Assembly: GCA_963739995.1 (NCBI GenBank)
Contig: CAVUCH010000001.1
Location: 153,521 to 217,520 of the forward strand
Direction of reading: 5' to 3'
DNA: 64,000 nucleotides
Source of the DNA: Vicinamibacteria bacterium
Lineage (GTDB): Bacteria; Acidobacteriota; Vicinamibacteria; Vicinamibacterales; JAENWD01
The translations under genes and the position numbers were made by a program. This document shows, piece by piece, positions 47,807 through 59,384 of this stretch. Position 1 is the stretch's first letter. Every line of letters starts with the position of its first letter. The notes under the pieces were generated by a model. It searched no databases. It saw nothing but the letters and a program-made list of their open reading frames with translations, and had not been told where the DNA came from.

Positions 47807-47956
47807 ATGGCAGAGCACCAGGCCAACCGCAAGTGCGCACACGAGGGCTGTCAGTGCAACGTACGGCCCGGTGACAAGTACTGCAGCGATTACTGCGCCC
47901 GCGCAGGGACGATGACCGAACTGCACTGCAACTGCCAGCACGCGGAGTGCAGATAG
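47807..47956 (+). CDS. Bacterial metallothionein (49 aa)
   Basis: AAGGAG SD; CAHEGCQC..YCSDYC..HCNCQHAEC, SmtA/BmtA-like spacing. Confidence 0.85.
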   Translation: MAEHQANRKCAHEGCQCNVRPGDKYCSDYCARAGTMTELHCNCQHAECR

Positions 47957-48150
47957 ATCGCTGGCGCCTCGACGTCGCCGCCGTCCTGTCAGCAGCCGGC
48001 ACTCTGCCTGCGAACCATGCTCCTGCGAAGGTGGCAAATCCAACGGGGGCGACACCGGCTGACGTCGCGGTCCCCCAAGCGCGTGCGCGCGCCTCGTCGC
48101 GCCCGCTGTGCTTGACCGCCGTCCAGCTCGTGCAGAATCTATAGGGACAC

Positions 48151-48366
48151 ATGTATGGCTACCTGCCGTGCCCGTGCTGTCATCAGCCGCGCGCCGAACG
48201 GTCACGTACGCGCGGGCTGGAGCGATTGCTGAAGCGGTTCACCAAGCGCAGACCGTACCGGTGTAGCGCGTGCGGCTGGCGGGGGTGGTGCGCTATTGCA
48301 GGCTCCAGGCTGCAGGCGCGCCCTTCTTTACTGGAACGGCTCCGCCCGCGTCGCCACGTCCACTGA
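48151..48366 (+). CDS. Small basic zinc-ribbon protein
   Basis: CPCC..RSRTRGLERLL..RPYRCSACGWRGW. Confidence 0.7.
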   Translation: MYGYLPCPCCHQPRAERSRTRGLERLLKRFTKRRPYRCSACGWRGWCAIAGSRLQARPSLLERLRPRRHVH

Positions 48367-48521
48367 GCGGCCACTCCTCTGTTGCCGGTCCGTATCCACG
48401 CGTCCAGGCCCTGCGCCTCCCATATCGGCACGTCCCCAGCCGCCGCAACCAGATCGACGCCGCCTCGATGTGAACGGCGCGCTTGCGATGCTCGGCGCAT
48501 GCGGGCAGATGTGCGAGTCGA

Positions 48522-48551
48522 GTCCTGGTACCCAAAAATCGGTACCAGGAC
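48522..48551. repeat. Perfect 11-bp inverted repeat
   Basis: GTCCTGGTACC-CAAAAATC-GGTACCAGGAC; no U tract on either side. Confidence 0.7.
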
Positions 48552-48637
48552 CAGCGAGCCATTGTCTGGTCGCTCCCGCCGGCTGAAACTCACGGCGACG
48601 CTTCGGTCGCGATACGCGTCAGCTGGAGTTGCTTCCC

Positions 48638-48853
48638 ATGTCACACCACCGAACGAGTTGTTCCGGTACAGTGCAGACCGGCGAGGGACACCGGCCTTGC
48701 CGCAAGACCACATTGCACCCTTCGGGATACTGCCACGTCCACTGCAGCGCCGACCGGCATCACCGCGAGTGCGAAGCCGCCCGGCCTTCCGCTCCTTCGC
48801 ACTGGGGAGCGCCGTCGGCGCCGCCGTCTCGCCACTCCTCCTCTCAGCATTGA
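48638..48853 (+). CDS. Small C3H zinc-knuckle-like protein (DUF5763-like pattern)
   Basis: GGAG SD; CSGTVQTGEGHRPCRKTTLHPSGYCHVH. Confidence 0.5.
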   Translation: MSHHRTSCSGTVQTGEGHRPCRKTTLHPSGYCHVHCSADRHHRECEAARPSAPSHWGAPSAPPSRHSSSQH

Positions 48854-49121
48854 TGGATGCCCACCCGCGCCTCTCCGGGGCGTGCATGGGTACACGGTTG
48901 CGCGCCGAGCACTCACCGCAACGAGTCACAGTAACCCGCCGCCAGCGGCGGCGGGTCCGGACCCGATTCGTGGTCCCGCGCTCGTCCCCCTGTTCATTCG
49001 TCGAGGTCGGTGTAACCTGCAAACTCTGACACGCTCACGCCTCCCCGTCAGAGCCGCTCGGTTGGCACAGTGCTGGCGTACGAACGGTCGGGGCGTGGCG
49101 GGCAGATGGCCCCGAGGACGT

Positions 49122-49319
49122 ATGACTGAGTACTACTTCGACGGCGATCCCGCGGTAGCCAGCACGCGACGGCACCTCGAGCGGGTCTTGAATGAGGCGC
49201 CGCCGCGGCGGTGGGCGTGGCTGATGGCGATGCTGGCAGGAGGCGCCGCCCTGACGTTCTGGCGCGTTCGTCGACCCGGCAAGCCGCCGCATGCGCGCGC
49301 CTCGCCGCCGCCGCCCTGA
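49122..49319 (+). CDS. Small single-pass membrane protein (65 aa)
   Basis: GAGGA SD; one TM segment; preceded by sigma54-like TGGCAC-N5-TGGC at 49063-49077. Confidence 0.5.
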   Translation: MTEYYFDGDPAVASTRRHLERVLNEAPPRRWAWLMAMLAGGAALTFWRVRRPGKPPHARASPPPP

Positions 49320-49436
49320 TGACAGTGCATAAGGCCGTTTTACGACCCAATGCATCGCCGGCTGGTTGCGATGCGAGACGGGTCCACGCTGGCGGACAGT
49401 CCAGTCTCGGACCTGACGCCAGCGGGCAGAACCGGA

Positions 49437-50312
49437 TTACCCATCCCAGGTCGGCAGCGGTTCACGGTTGCGCACCCACACGGAAGGCAGGTCACCCGAC
49501 GACAACGCGACGATCCCGCCGACGATGGCGCAGGTCGTGTCGCGATCGCCGAGCCCTCTCACCGTCCACCAGAGCGCACCTTCGAAATCGTGCAGGTGGT
49601 ACGCCGCGCTCCAGACGCAGAACGGCACGGTGTCCTGCGCGGTCGGGTTGTCGCCGGTCCCGAGGACACGAACGGCTTCGCCGAGATCGTCGCCAGGCAG
49701 ATCGATCGACTGCTGGATCTTCCGGTGGGTGAGTCCCTCGGGGACGAACCTCAGCACCGAGCGGAGAAACGCCGGGCCGGCAGCAGGTGACGGCTGCGCG
49801 GCGAGTGCCGCGGCAGCAGCCACCGCCATCGCGCCCGCCTGACCCTCGGGATGCGCGTGCGTGACCACCGCAGACTGGCGGGCCTCGCCAGCGGCACGCG
49901 CCGGATCACGCCAGAAGTATCCGCCGATGGGCGCGGCGCGCATCGCACCACCGTTGCCGTACGACCCGCCGCTGAAGAGGGCCGGTGCCGCCGTCCGCCA
50001 GTCGGCCCCGTTGGCGATCTGGCCGAGCAGGCTCATGGCGCCCGATGCGTAGCCGCGGTACGGTTCGGCCACGAACCTGCGGGCGAACGCGCGTGCCAGC
50101 GCGTCCTGGTCGATCCTTCCGAAGCGCTCGAGCACTTCCACAACGGACAGCGCCATGTGCGTGTCATCCGTCCATGGCCACGGTCCGGGTGGCAGGCTGG
50201 CGGCCGTGGTGGTGGACGGCGAGGCCTGGAAGAAGAGCTCTCCGAACGCGTCCCCAACCGAGAGACCCTCGAGGCTGAACCTTGCACGGTGAAGATCGAG
50301 TTCGGAATTCAC
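49437..50312 (-). CDS. ADP-ribosylglycohydrolase family protein
   Basis: VGDAFG, WTDDTHMAL, YGNGGAMR, VTHAHP, GDRDTT. Confidence 0.92.
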   Translation of the reverse strand: MNSELDLHRARFSLEGLSVGDAFGELFFQASPSTTTAASLPPGPWPWTDDTHMALSVVEVLERFGRIDQDALARAFARRFVAEPYRGYASGAMSLLGQIANGADWRTAAPALFSGGSYGNGGAMRAAPIGGYFWRDPARAAGEARQSAVVTHAHPEGQAGAMAVAAAAALAAQPSPAAGPAFLRSVLRFVPEGLTHRKIQQSIDLPGDDLGEAVRVLGTGDNPTAQDTVPFCVWSAAYHLHDFEGALWWTVRGLGDRDTTCAIVGGIVALSSGDLPSVWVRNREPLPTWDG

Positions 50313-50643
50313 GGTGTCACGCCGGCGCGATAGGTTACCAGAGGCGCCACCTGCGCGATGCCTGGGCACTCGCACACGCTTCAGAGCACGCCGCAAGCCC
50401 TGGAGCCACGAGCGTTGCCGTCCGCGCCGAGAACTGCCGGGTCGGACGGGCTGGTGCCGACCAGCAGGCTGAAGGCGACGCGCCGAGCGTGATGCCTGCC
50501 GCCATCCCCACGCGCTCGCACCGGGTGATTCCATGTACTTCGACTGGGCATCCCGCATGGCTGCAGACGCGGTGCGGGCCGGGCATGCCAGCGCGATCCT
50601 GGTGACCACTGCGTCACGAGGTTTTCGACGCACAATCTACGAG

Positions 50644-52416
50644 ATGCATGCGTATGACCTCATCCTGACGCTCACGGGCGGCCTGGCCGCCGCACTGGTC
50701 CTGGGCTATGTCACACAGCGCCTCGGACTGTCGCCCATCGTCGGGTATCTCCTCGCCGGCACGCTGGTGGGCCCGCATACGCCCGGGTTTGTCGCCGACG
50801 CGTCCCTGGCCGAGCAGCTGGCCGAAATCGGCGTCATTCTGCTGATGTTCGGTGTCGGCCTGCAGTTCCACCTCGAGGAGCTGCTGGCCGTCCGCGGCGT
50901 GGCGATCCCGGGCGCCGTTGCACAGAGTGCGGTCGCGACCGCATTGGGGACCCTTCTTGCGATTGCGCTTGGATGGAGTCCGTCTGCAGGTCTGATCTTC
51001 GGCATGGCCCTGGCGGTGGCGAGCACGGTGGTACTGATTCGCGTGCTGGCGGACAACAACGATCTGCACACGCAGGCGGGTCACATCGCGGTGGGATGGC
51101 TGGTCGTCGAGGACCTCCTCACGGTCATTGCCCTGGTGCTGTTGCCGGCGCTCTTCGGGGCCGGCACCGCGGGTGCCGCCGACACGCCGCTGCCGTTGGC
51201 GATTGGCATCACGGCGCTGAAGGTGACTGCGCTCGTGGGGTTCACCGCGATCGTCGGAACCCGCGTCATTCCGCGGGTGCTCGACCACGTCGCCGATACG
51301 CGGTCGCGCGAGCTGTTCACGCTTGCGGTTCTGGTGATTGCACTCGGGATTGCGGTCGGCTCATCGTTGATGTTCAGCGTGTCGATGGCCCTTGGAGCGT
51401 TTCTCGCGGGCATGGTCGTGGGACGGTCCGATTACAGCCTGCGGGCCGCGTCGGACGCACTGCCCATGCGAGACGCGTTCGCGGTCCTGTTCTTTGTCTC
51501 GGTTGGCATGCTGCTGGATCCGGGCTCGCTGACCGCTTCTCCCGGTCTCGTGATCGGGGCGCTCGCCGTCGTGCTCGTGGGGAAGCCGCTCGTCGCCCTC
51601 GTGATCGTATGGGCGATGAAGTACCCATTCAAGGTGGCTTTGACGGTCGCGATTGCGCTGGCGCAGATCGGCGAGTTCTCGTTCATGCTCGCCACGATGG
51701 GACGAGAGCTCGGCATCCTCACGACCGCCGCCACGAATGCGATCGTCGCCGCGTCGCTCGTCTCGATTGTGATGAATCCGCTCGTGTATCGGACGATCGG
51801 CCCGGTTGAAGCGTGGGTCGCCAGGAAGCCACGCCTCAGGAGGGCCTTGAACCGTGCGGTTTCCATACCCTCGGACCTGGAGACATCCCCCCCGGAGCAC
51901 ACACCGGATCCCCGCCATCGTGCCGTCGTCATCGGATATGGTCCGACCGGCCGGAGGGTGGTGCGGTTGCTCCGCAGCAACGGTATCGTGCCGACCGTCG
52001 TCGACCTCAATATGGAGACGGTGCGATCGCTACGACAGGATGGCATCGACGCGATCTACGGCGACGCCACGCGCCCTGAGACAATCGAGGCCGCGGGCGT
52101 GGCCCGGGCAGACAGTCTCATCCTTGCGTCGGCCGGCATGGCCGACAGCGCGGAAGTCATCCGCAATGCTCGCGGGCTGAACCCTGATGTTCGCGTCCTC
52201 GCACGGGCGCCGTACCTCCGCGATCTCGCGTCATTGAAGGAGGCGGGCGCGAACAGCGTCTACTCCGGAGAGGGAGAGGTCGCCCTCGCATTCATCGAAG
52301 ACATCCTCGAAGACCTTGGAGCGACGGCCCAGCAGATCGACCGGGAACGCGCGCGGGCGCATCGCGAGCTGTCGGGAGACGCCGTACCCTCGAGCGCCGG
52401 CAGCTCGAATGCATAG
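50644..52416 (+). CDS. Monovalent cation:proton antiporter-2 (YbaL/RosB-like) with TrkA_N domain
   Basis: AEIGVILLMFGVGL, ASTVV, GWLVVEDL, RDAFAVLFFVSVG, QIGEFSF, IGYGPTG. Confidence 0.93.
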   Translation: MHAYDLILTLTGGLAAALVLGYVTQRLGLSPIVGYLLAGTLVGPHTPGFVADASLAEQLAEIGVILLMFGVGLQFHLEELLAVRGVAIPGAVAQSAVATALGTLLAIALGWSPSAGLIFGMALAVASTVVLIRVLADNNDLHTQAGHIAVGWLVVEDLLTVIALVLLPALFGAGTAGAADTPLPLAIGITALKVTALVGFTAIVGTRVIPRVLDHVADTRSRELFTLAVLVIALGIAVGSSLMFSVSMALGAFLAGMVVGRSDYSLRAASDALPMRDAFAVLFFVSVGMLLDPGSLTASPGLVIGALAVVLVGKPLVALVIVWAMKYPFKVALTVAIALAQIGEFSFMLATMGRELGILTTAATNAIVAASLVSIVMNPLVYRTIGPVEAWVARKPRLRRALNRAVSIPSDLETSPPEHTPDPRHRAVVIGYGPTGRRVVRLLRSNGIVPTVVDLNMETVRSLRQDGIDAIYGDATRPETIEAAGVARADSLILASAGMADSAEVIRNARGLNPDVRVLARAPYLRDLASLKEAGANSVYSGEGEVALAFIEDILEDLGATAQQIDRERARAHRELSGDAVPSSAGSSNA

Positions 52417-52569
52417 TGGAGACCTCCTTCAGGGCCGCCCGGGCCGCGCAGGTAACGATTCGGTAAAATATCCCCATCCCCGCGTCATGCGGCAGAAAAG
52501 TCCGGCGCGGTACTGCTACCGTGCTGGCGTCGCGAAGAGGCAGATCCTCCAATACGGCAGCGCTCGATC

Positions 52570-54161
52570 ATGGCCCGCTCAGCACCTACCACATCTCAAT
52601 CGCCGACACCGCGCAGCATCCGGTCCACCACCCAGCCGACCGTGCTCGGCGTTGTCGACCTGGGCGCGTCCGCCATCCGGCTGCTCGTCGCTCAGCACTG
52701 GCCCGGAGAACCTCTGGAAGTTCTCGAGGAGGCCTCGCGCGCGATGCTCCTCGGTCGCGACACGTTCTCGACTGGACGCATCGGCGCCGCCACGATGGAC
52801 GCGGCGATTCGCGCGCTCGCAGGCTTCAAGCAGGTGATGGATGACTACGGCGTGACACGCGTGTGCGCGGTGGCGACCAGTGCCGTACGGGAAGCCTCCA
52901 ATGCCGAGATGTTCCTCGATCGCATACGCGTCCGCGTCGGTCTGAACGTAGACGTGATCGATGGATCGGAGGAGAGCCGGCTCACCTATCTCGCGGTCAG
53001 CGACGGACTCTCCGAGCACCCCGCCCTGAAAGCCGACTGCACCTTGCTGATGGAGGTCGGCGGCGGCAGCCTGGATGTTACCCGGCTCTCCCGCGGTGCC
53101 CCCGTCCAGGCGGGTGTGTACCCCCTGGGCTCGATCCGGATGCGGCAGCGGCTCGGCAGCTGGCAGGGCTCGCACGAGCAGCGCGTGCGGCTGCTCTCGG
53201 CCCAGGTCGCCAACGTGATCGGAGACATCGTCGACGAGATCACTGTCACGGGTGCCACCTTCGCCGTGGCGCTCGGGGGGGACATGCGCTTCGTGGTCTC
53301 CCAGGCGGCCGGCGCCGCCGAGGACGCGATCGTGGAGATTTCGCGAGAGGCGTTCCTGGGGTTTGTCGCCGATCTCGTGAAGCTCGACGAAGACCAGATC
53401 GCCGAGCGGTACCAGCTGTCGCCGGTGGCGGCCGAAACGCTCGTTCCGTCCATGCTGGTCTACCGCACGCTGATCGAGCAGTCGGGGGCCGCGACAATCG
53501 TCGTCCCGGACGTGTCGCTGCGCGACGGCGTTCTGCTGGACCTCGCCGGGGCGGTCGCGGGCCCGGCCGACTTTGCTCCCCACGTGCTCGCCAGTGCAGC
53601 AGCGCTCGGTACTCGATATAGATACGACGCTCTGCACGCAGGCGCGGTGGCCCGGCTCTCGACGCGGCTGTTCGATCTGCTGGCCGCCGAGCACGGAATG
53701 GGCCCCCGGGATCGGCTCCTGCTGGAGGTCGCGGCGCTGCTGCACGATATCGGCCTGTTCGTCAGCTTGCGCGGGCATCACAAGCACGCGATGTACTTGT
53801 TGCAGGCGTCAGAGATTTTTGGTCTGTCACGCGATGACATGCAGATCGTCGGCAGCATCGCGCGGTACCACCGGCGGGGAATGCCGCAGAAGTCGCATCC
53901 CGAGTTCATGCGGCTCGATCGCGACGAGCGCGTCCGGGTGACCAAGCTGGCGGCCATGCTCCGCCTCGCGAACGCACTCGATGCCGAACATGAGCAGAAG
54001 GTCACAGACGTTAGCCTCCACGAGCAGGACAACAACTGGATTATCGAGCTCACGGGACAGGGCGACCTCACCATGGAGCGCCTCGCCTCCGCATTGCGGG
54101 CCGATCTGCTGGTGGATGTGTTCGGGCGGCAGATACAGGTGCGGGGCGCCGGAGCCGGTTC

Positions 54162-54165
<4 letters not shown>
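52570..54165 (+). CDS. ppx: Exopolyphosphatase Ppx/GppA with HD domain
   Basis: VDLGASAIR, ATSAVREA, GSEE, EVGGGS, SLRDG, LLHDIG, ARYHR. Confidence 0.92.
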
Positions 54166-56276
<2,111 letters not shown>

Positions 56277-56466
56277 CGGCGGGAGGGGCCAGCAGCTTGA
56301 CGCCGATGCCCCCACCCTTGCAGCTCAATCGGCTGGCTCCTGACCCTCCGGGCTCGGCACGCGGCTCCGCGGCCGTTGAGCACTGGCGCCGTGGCGGAGT
56401 GCTGCTTTTGGTATCGTGTGTATGGATCACGAATGTCGCGGCCGTGCGGTTTCATCTGGAGGGTGT

Positions 56467-56829
56467 GTGGACGTTCAGCCGTACAAGGAACAACTGCTCG
56501 AGCTCGAAACGCGTCTTTCGATTCGCACGGACCACGAGATTGCACAGGGGCGGGAGCAGACCGCAGATTCGGCTCGAGACACTGGTGACGCCAGCGTCGC
56601 GGCCGCGTCGGCAAGTGACAACTTCAACGGAGCGGAGCTCGATTCGGCGGTTCTCCAGCAGGTGCGGGACGCTCTCAGGCGAATCGAGGACGGCACGTTC
56701 GGCAGGTGCATCGTTGACGGCGGCACGATAGAGGAGAAGCGGCTCCAGGCGGTTCCCTGGACTCCCTATTGCCTGGAGCACCAGGCCCATCTGGAGGCGG
56801 TCGCACCGGCGAGAATGCCTACGCTGTAG
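56467..56829 (+). CDS. TraR/DksA family protein (CxxD...CxxH variant)
   Basis: GGAGGG SD before GTG; DTGDAS tip, ALRRIEDGTFGRC, RLQAVPWTPYC. Confidence 0.88.
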   Translation: MDVQPYKEQLLELETRLSIRTDHEIAQGREQTADSARDTGDASVAAASASDNFNGAELDSAVLQQVRDALRRIEDGTFGRCIVDGGTIEEKRLQAVPWTPYCLEHQAHLEAVAPARMPTL

Positions 56830-56844
56830 GCGGTCAGCCATCCC

Positions 56845-57021
56845 ATGACACCTGACAACACCAATCGGCACCAGCACACACCGGAGGAGGAGCGAGCCAT
56901 TCGGGAAGCTGCGCTCGATGCAACGATCGAAGGCTCGTTTCCTGCGAGCGATCCCGCGTCGTCGGATCCGAACCCCGACGATGACACCGTCTTCGAGAGA
57001 CGGCGGGACGAGGACGTGTAA
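56845..57021 (+). CDS. 58-aa acidic microprotein with SFPASDP motif (not in the ORF track)
   Basis: MTPDNTNRHQHTPEEERAIREAALDATIEGSFPASDPASSDPNPDDD...; starts 15 nt after the dksA-like stop. Confidence 0.7.
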   Translation: MTPDNTNRHQHTPEEERAIREAALDATIEGSFPASDPASSDPNPDDDTVFERRRDEDV

Positions 57022-57066
57022 GCGTTCCGCGCAAATTGCGAATTCTGCTCGCGCGCGACGCGGCCG

Positions 57067-57519
57067 TCAGGATTCGCTCTCGAGGGCGCTGGTCCGGCGG
57101 CCGGTCAGCCGCGTGATGCTGATGCGGTAGACGATCGGGACGTGATGCTCGCGCGTCCCTCGCTTCGCCGCGGCAATACTCCACCACGCGCGGCGCGTTT
57201 GAAAGAGCGCCAGGGCCCGCTGCCTGGCCTCGTTGTGTTCAGGCGTGTCCCGAAGTTCCTCGTAATAGCCGAACGCAATCACCGTCGTCCAGTGCGAGCC
57301 GTCCGTGCCTTCGTCCACCTCCACGCAGACGCGCGGATTCGCGCGCATCCACTCGATTTTCTGCCCGAGCGTGCCGAAGCTGTAGAGATACCGCCCATCG
57401 AGATAGAAGTAGGCTGGAACGACATACGGCTGATTGTCTTTCGCGCAGGCGATCCGACCCAGATTGAGTCTTTGCAAGACCTCCTCGCATTCGGTTTCCG
57501 TGAGATCATGCACTTGCAT
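57067..57519 (-). CDS. Pyridoxamine 5'-phosphate oxidase-like (FMN-binding split barrel) protein
   Basis: LGRIAC..PYVVP, GQKIEWMRANPRVCVEVD, WTTVIAFG. Confidence 0.88.
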   Translation of the reverse strand: MQVHDLTETECEEVLQRLNLGRIACAKDNQPYVVPAYFYLDGRYLYSFGTLGQKIEWMRANPRVCVEVDEGTDGSHWTTVIAFGYYEELRDTPEHNEARQRALALFQTRRAWWSIAAAKRGTREHHVPIVYRISITRLTGRRTSALESES

Positions 57520-57729
57520 AGGTTCGTTTTCGCCTCCCTGCCGCTCTTCCTCTCCCGCTCTGCTCGACGATCTTACCGCGAGGGCTGGACGTGGGTGGCC
57601 GCGGGGGTGAAGTGCGAAGAAGGGAAAAGCTCCGGCTGGCAGCAACCGCAGGCGGGTGGCCGGGACCCCGAAAAAGACGTGGCGGGCGAATTGCTGCGAT
57701 TTGAGTGCACGGTCGTCCGGAGGTCTGCC

Positions 57730-58383
57730 ATGTGGTCACGGCATCGATGTTCGGCACTTCTGTGCCTGTTCGCGGCGCTCCTGTTCCCCTCCCGTGCGGT
57801 CGCCGACACGATCCGGATCACGAGCGGATTCGTGGAACTCGTCGGCGCGTTCGACCTCGAGGGGGACGAGCGGGGGTTCCAGCTGGTCGGAAGCGGCTAC
57901 GGGGGTGGCTCCAGCCCGAGCGCGTACGCGTTCTGTGACGGCGACGACTGCAACGCGGAAGAAGTTGCGCAGCTCCAGCACGCGTTCGGTGGTCTGGATC
58001 TCTCCGTTGGCTCGGCGACGATCGACGGAACCACCTACAACGAGGTGAACACCCTTGGCGCGGAGGTGTTCGCCGAAATCGGCTTCTCGAGCACGCATTT
58101 GCTGCCATCGCTGAGCAGTACGGCGATTCTCAACACGCCGTTCACGATGCAGGGCTCCTTTTCGCACCCGGGCGGAGTCGAAACGCTCGTCGGCTCCGGC
58201 ATCGTCAACACCCGCTGGATCTCGTCGGCGCCAGGCGGGTCGGTGCCTCCCGCATGGAACCTTGCATTCGCGCGTTATGAGTTTTCGGACGCTGCTGCGG
58301 TTCCCGAACCCGGCACGCTCTTGCTCGTCGCAACGGGCGCTGCGGCGGCGGCGGCCATGAGCCGGCGTAAGAGGCGCGCATGA
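57730..58383 (+). CDS. PEP-CTERM sorting domain protein
   Basis: Signal peptide (AVA-D) and C-terminal VPEPGTLLL-TM-RRKRR. Confidence 0.9.
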   Translation: MWSRHRCSALLCLFAALLFPSRAVADTIRITSGFVELVGAFDLEGDERGFQLVGSGYGGGSSPSAYAFCDGDDCNAEEVAQLQHAFGGLDLSVGSATIDGTTYNEVNTLGAEVFAEIGFSSTHLLPSLSSTAILNTPFTMQGSFSHPGGVETLVGSGIVNTRWISSAPGGSVPPAWNLAFARYEFSDAAAVPEPGTLLLVATGAAAAAAMSRRKRRA

Positions 58384-58740
58384 AAGGTCGTGGACGAGCG
58401 CGTAGTTGAGCTGCCATCAAGGTGAACGGCCCCGGCTCTTGCCGCGCCGCCCCGCCAGGTCGAGACTGACCAGTCCCCCGCGTGACACCTCCGAGTACGA
58501 GAGGCCGCCCAGCTCGTCGGACCAGATCCGAGGGGAAATCCAGCGCTGAACTGGCTGTCGAAGTTCACCACCCCAGCGACACACACGAAAAAGCATCTCG
58601 CCCCAGACTGCCCGGTTCCGGGATGGAGAGCCTGTCTCTCTAGCAACTCAACCTGGGACATTTTCGGGCAACAGCCCTCAGATCACTTCAGCGCCACGGC
58701 GGGAACCATCCCTGGGCGGCGCGCGTCCAAGGCTACAGAT

Positions 58741-58764
58741 ATGAAAGCAAGCACTTGCAATCAT
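58741..58764. promoter_or_regulatory. Candidate TetR operator
   Basis: Imperfect palindrome ATGA-AA-GCAAG-CA-CTTGC-AA-TCAT, 17 nt before the TetR start. Confidence 0.6.
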
Positions 58765-58781
58765 TTGGTCGGACCACCGGA

Positions 58782-59384
58782 ATGAGCGGCACCGACGTGC
58801 GGGAACAGCTGCTCCAAGCCGCTCTGCGCGTCTATGCCGTGGCCGGCGTCCGGGGAGCCACGACGCGCCGCATCGCTCACGAGGCCGGGGTCAACGAGGT
58901 GACGCTGTTCCGCCACTTCGGGTCGAAAGACACCCTGCTGCAGGAAGCGCTGGCGTGGGAAACGCGCCACGCCAGCGAGGGCGTCGGTCTGCCGGCGGAG
59001 CCGAGGGATCCGGAGCACGAACTGCTCGAGTTCTGCCGCCGGCAGTATAGCGGGCTCCTCGCGTCGCGTTCCCTGATCCGAACGAGCATGGCGGAGTTCA
59101 GTGAGCATCCCGATGCCACTCGGCTGGTGTGCCAGACGCCCGTTCGACTCGCGGAGCAGCTGCAGCAGTATCTCGTGCGGCTGCGCGCTGCGGGTTTCGC
59201 CGGCGGCGACTGGCAGCCACGAGCCGCCGCGGCAATGTTGATGGGGACGCTTTTCTCCGACGCCATGGGACGCGACTGCATGCCGGAGCGATATCCGCCG
59301 GAGCGCGAGGCCATCAGGCAATACGTGGCGCTCTTCCTCCGTGCTATCGGCGCCGCCGTTTCGGCGCAAGGCGAACGAGACTGA
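58782..59384 (+). CDS. TetR/AcrR family regulator
   Basis: ATTRRIAHEAGVNEVTLFRHFGSK helix-turn-helix. Confidence 0.94.
   Translation: MSGTDVREQLLQAALRVYAVAGVRGATTRRIAHEAGVNEVTLFRHFGSKDTLLQEALAWETRHASEGVGLPAEPRDPEHELLEFCRRQYSGLLASRSLIRTSMAEFSEHPDATRLVCQTPVRLAEQLQQYLVRLRAAGFAGGDWQPRAAAAMLMGTLFSDAMGRDCMPERYPPEREAIRQYVALFLRAIGAAVSAQGERD

Noticed and set aside
49437-50312. ADP-ribosylglycohydrolase as part of a DraT/DraG or toxin-antitoxin system
   Set aside because: No ADP-ribosyltransferase or nitrogenase gene nearby; treated as a stand-alone enzyme.
50313-50643. Riboswitch upstream of the CPA2 antiporter
   Set aside because: No recognisable c-di-AMP or other consensus by eye; an Rfam scan would be needed.
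58384-58740. 128-aa minus ORF and intergenic region after the PEP-CTERM gene
   Set aside because: No motif or SD support and it overlaps the PEP-CTERM 3' end.
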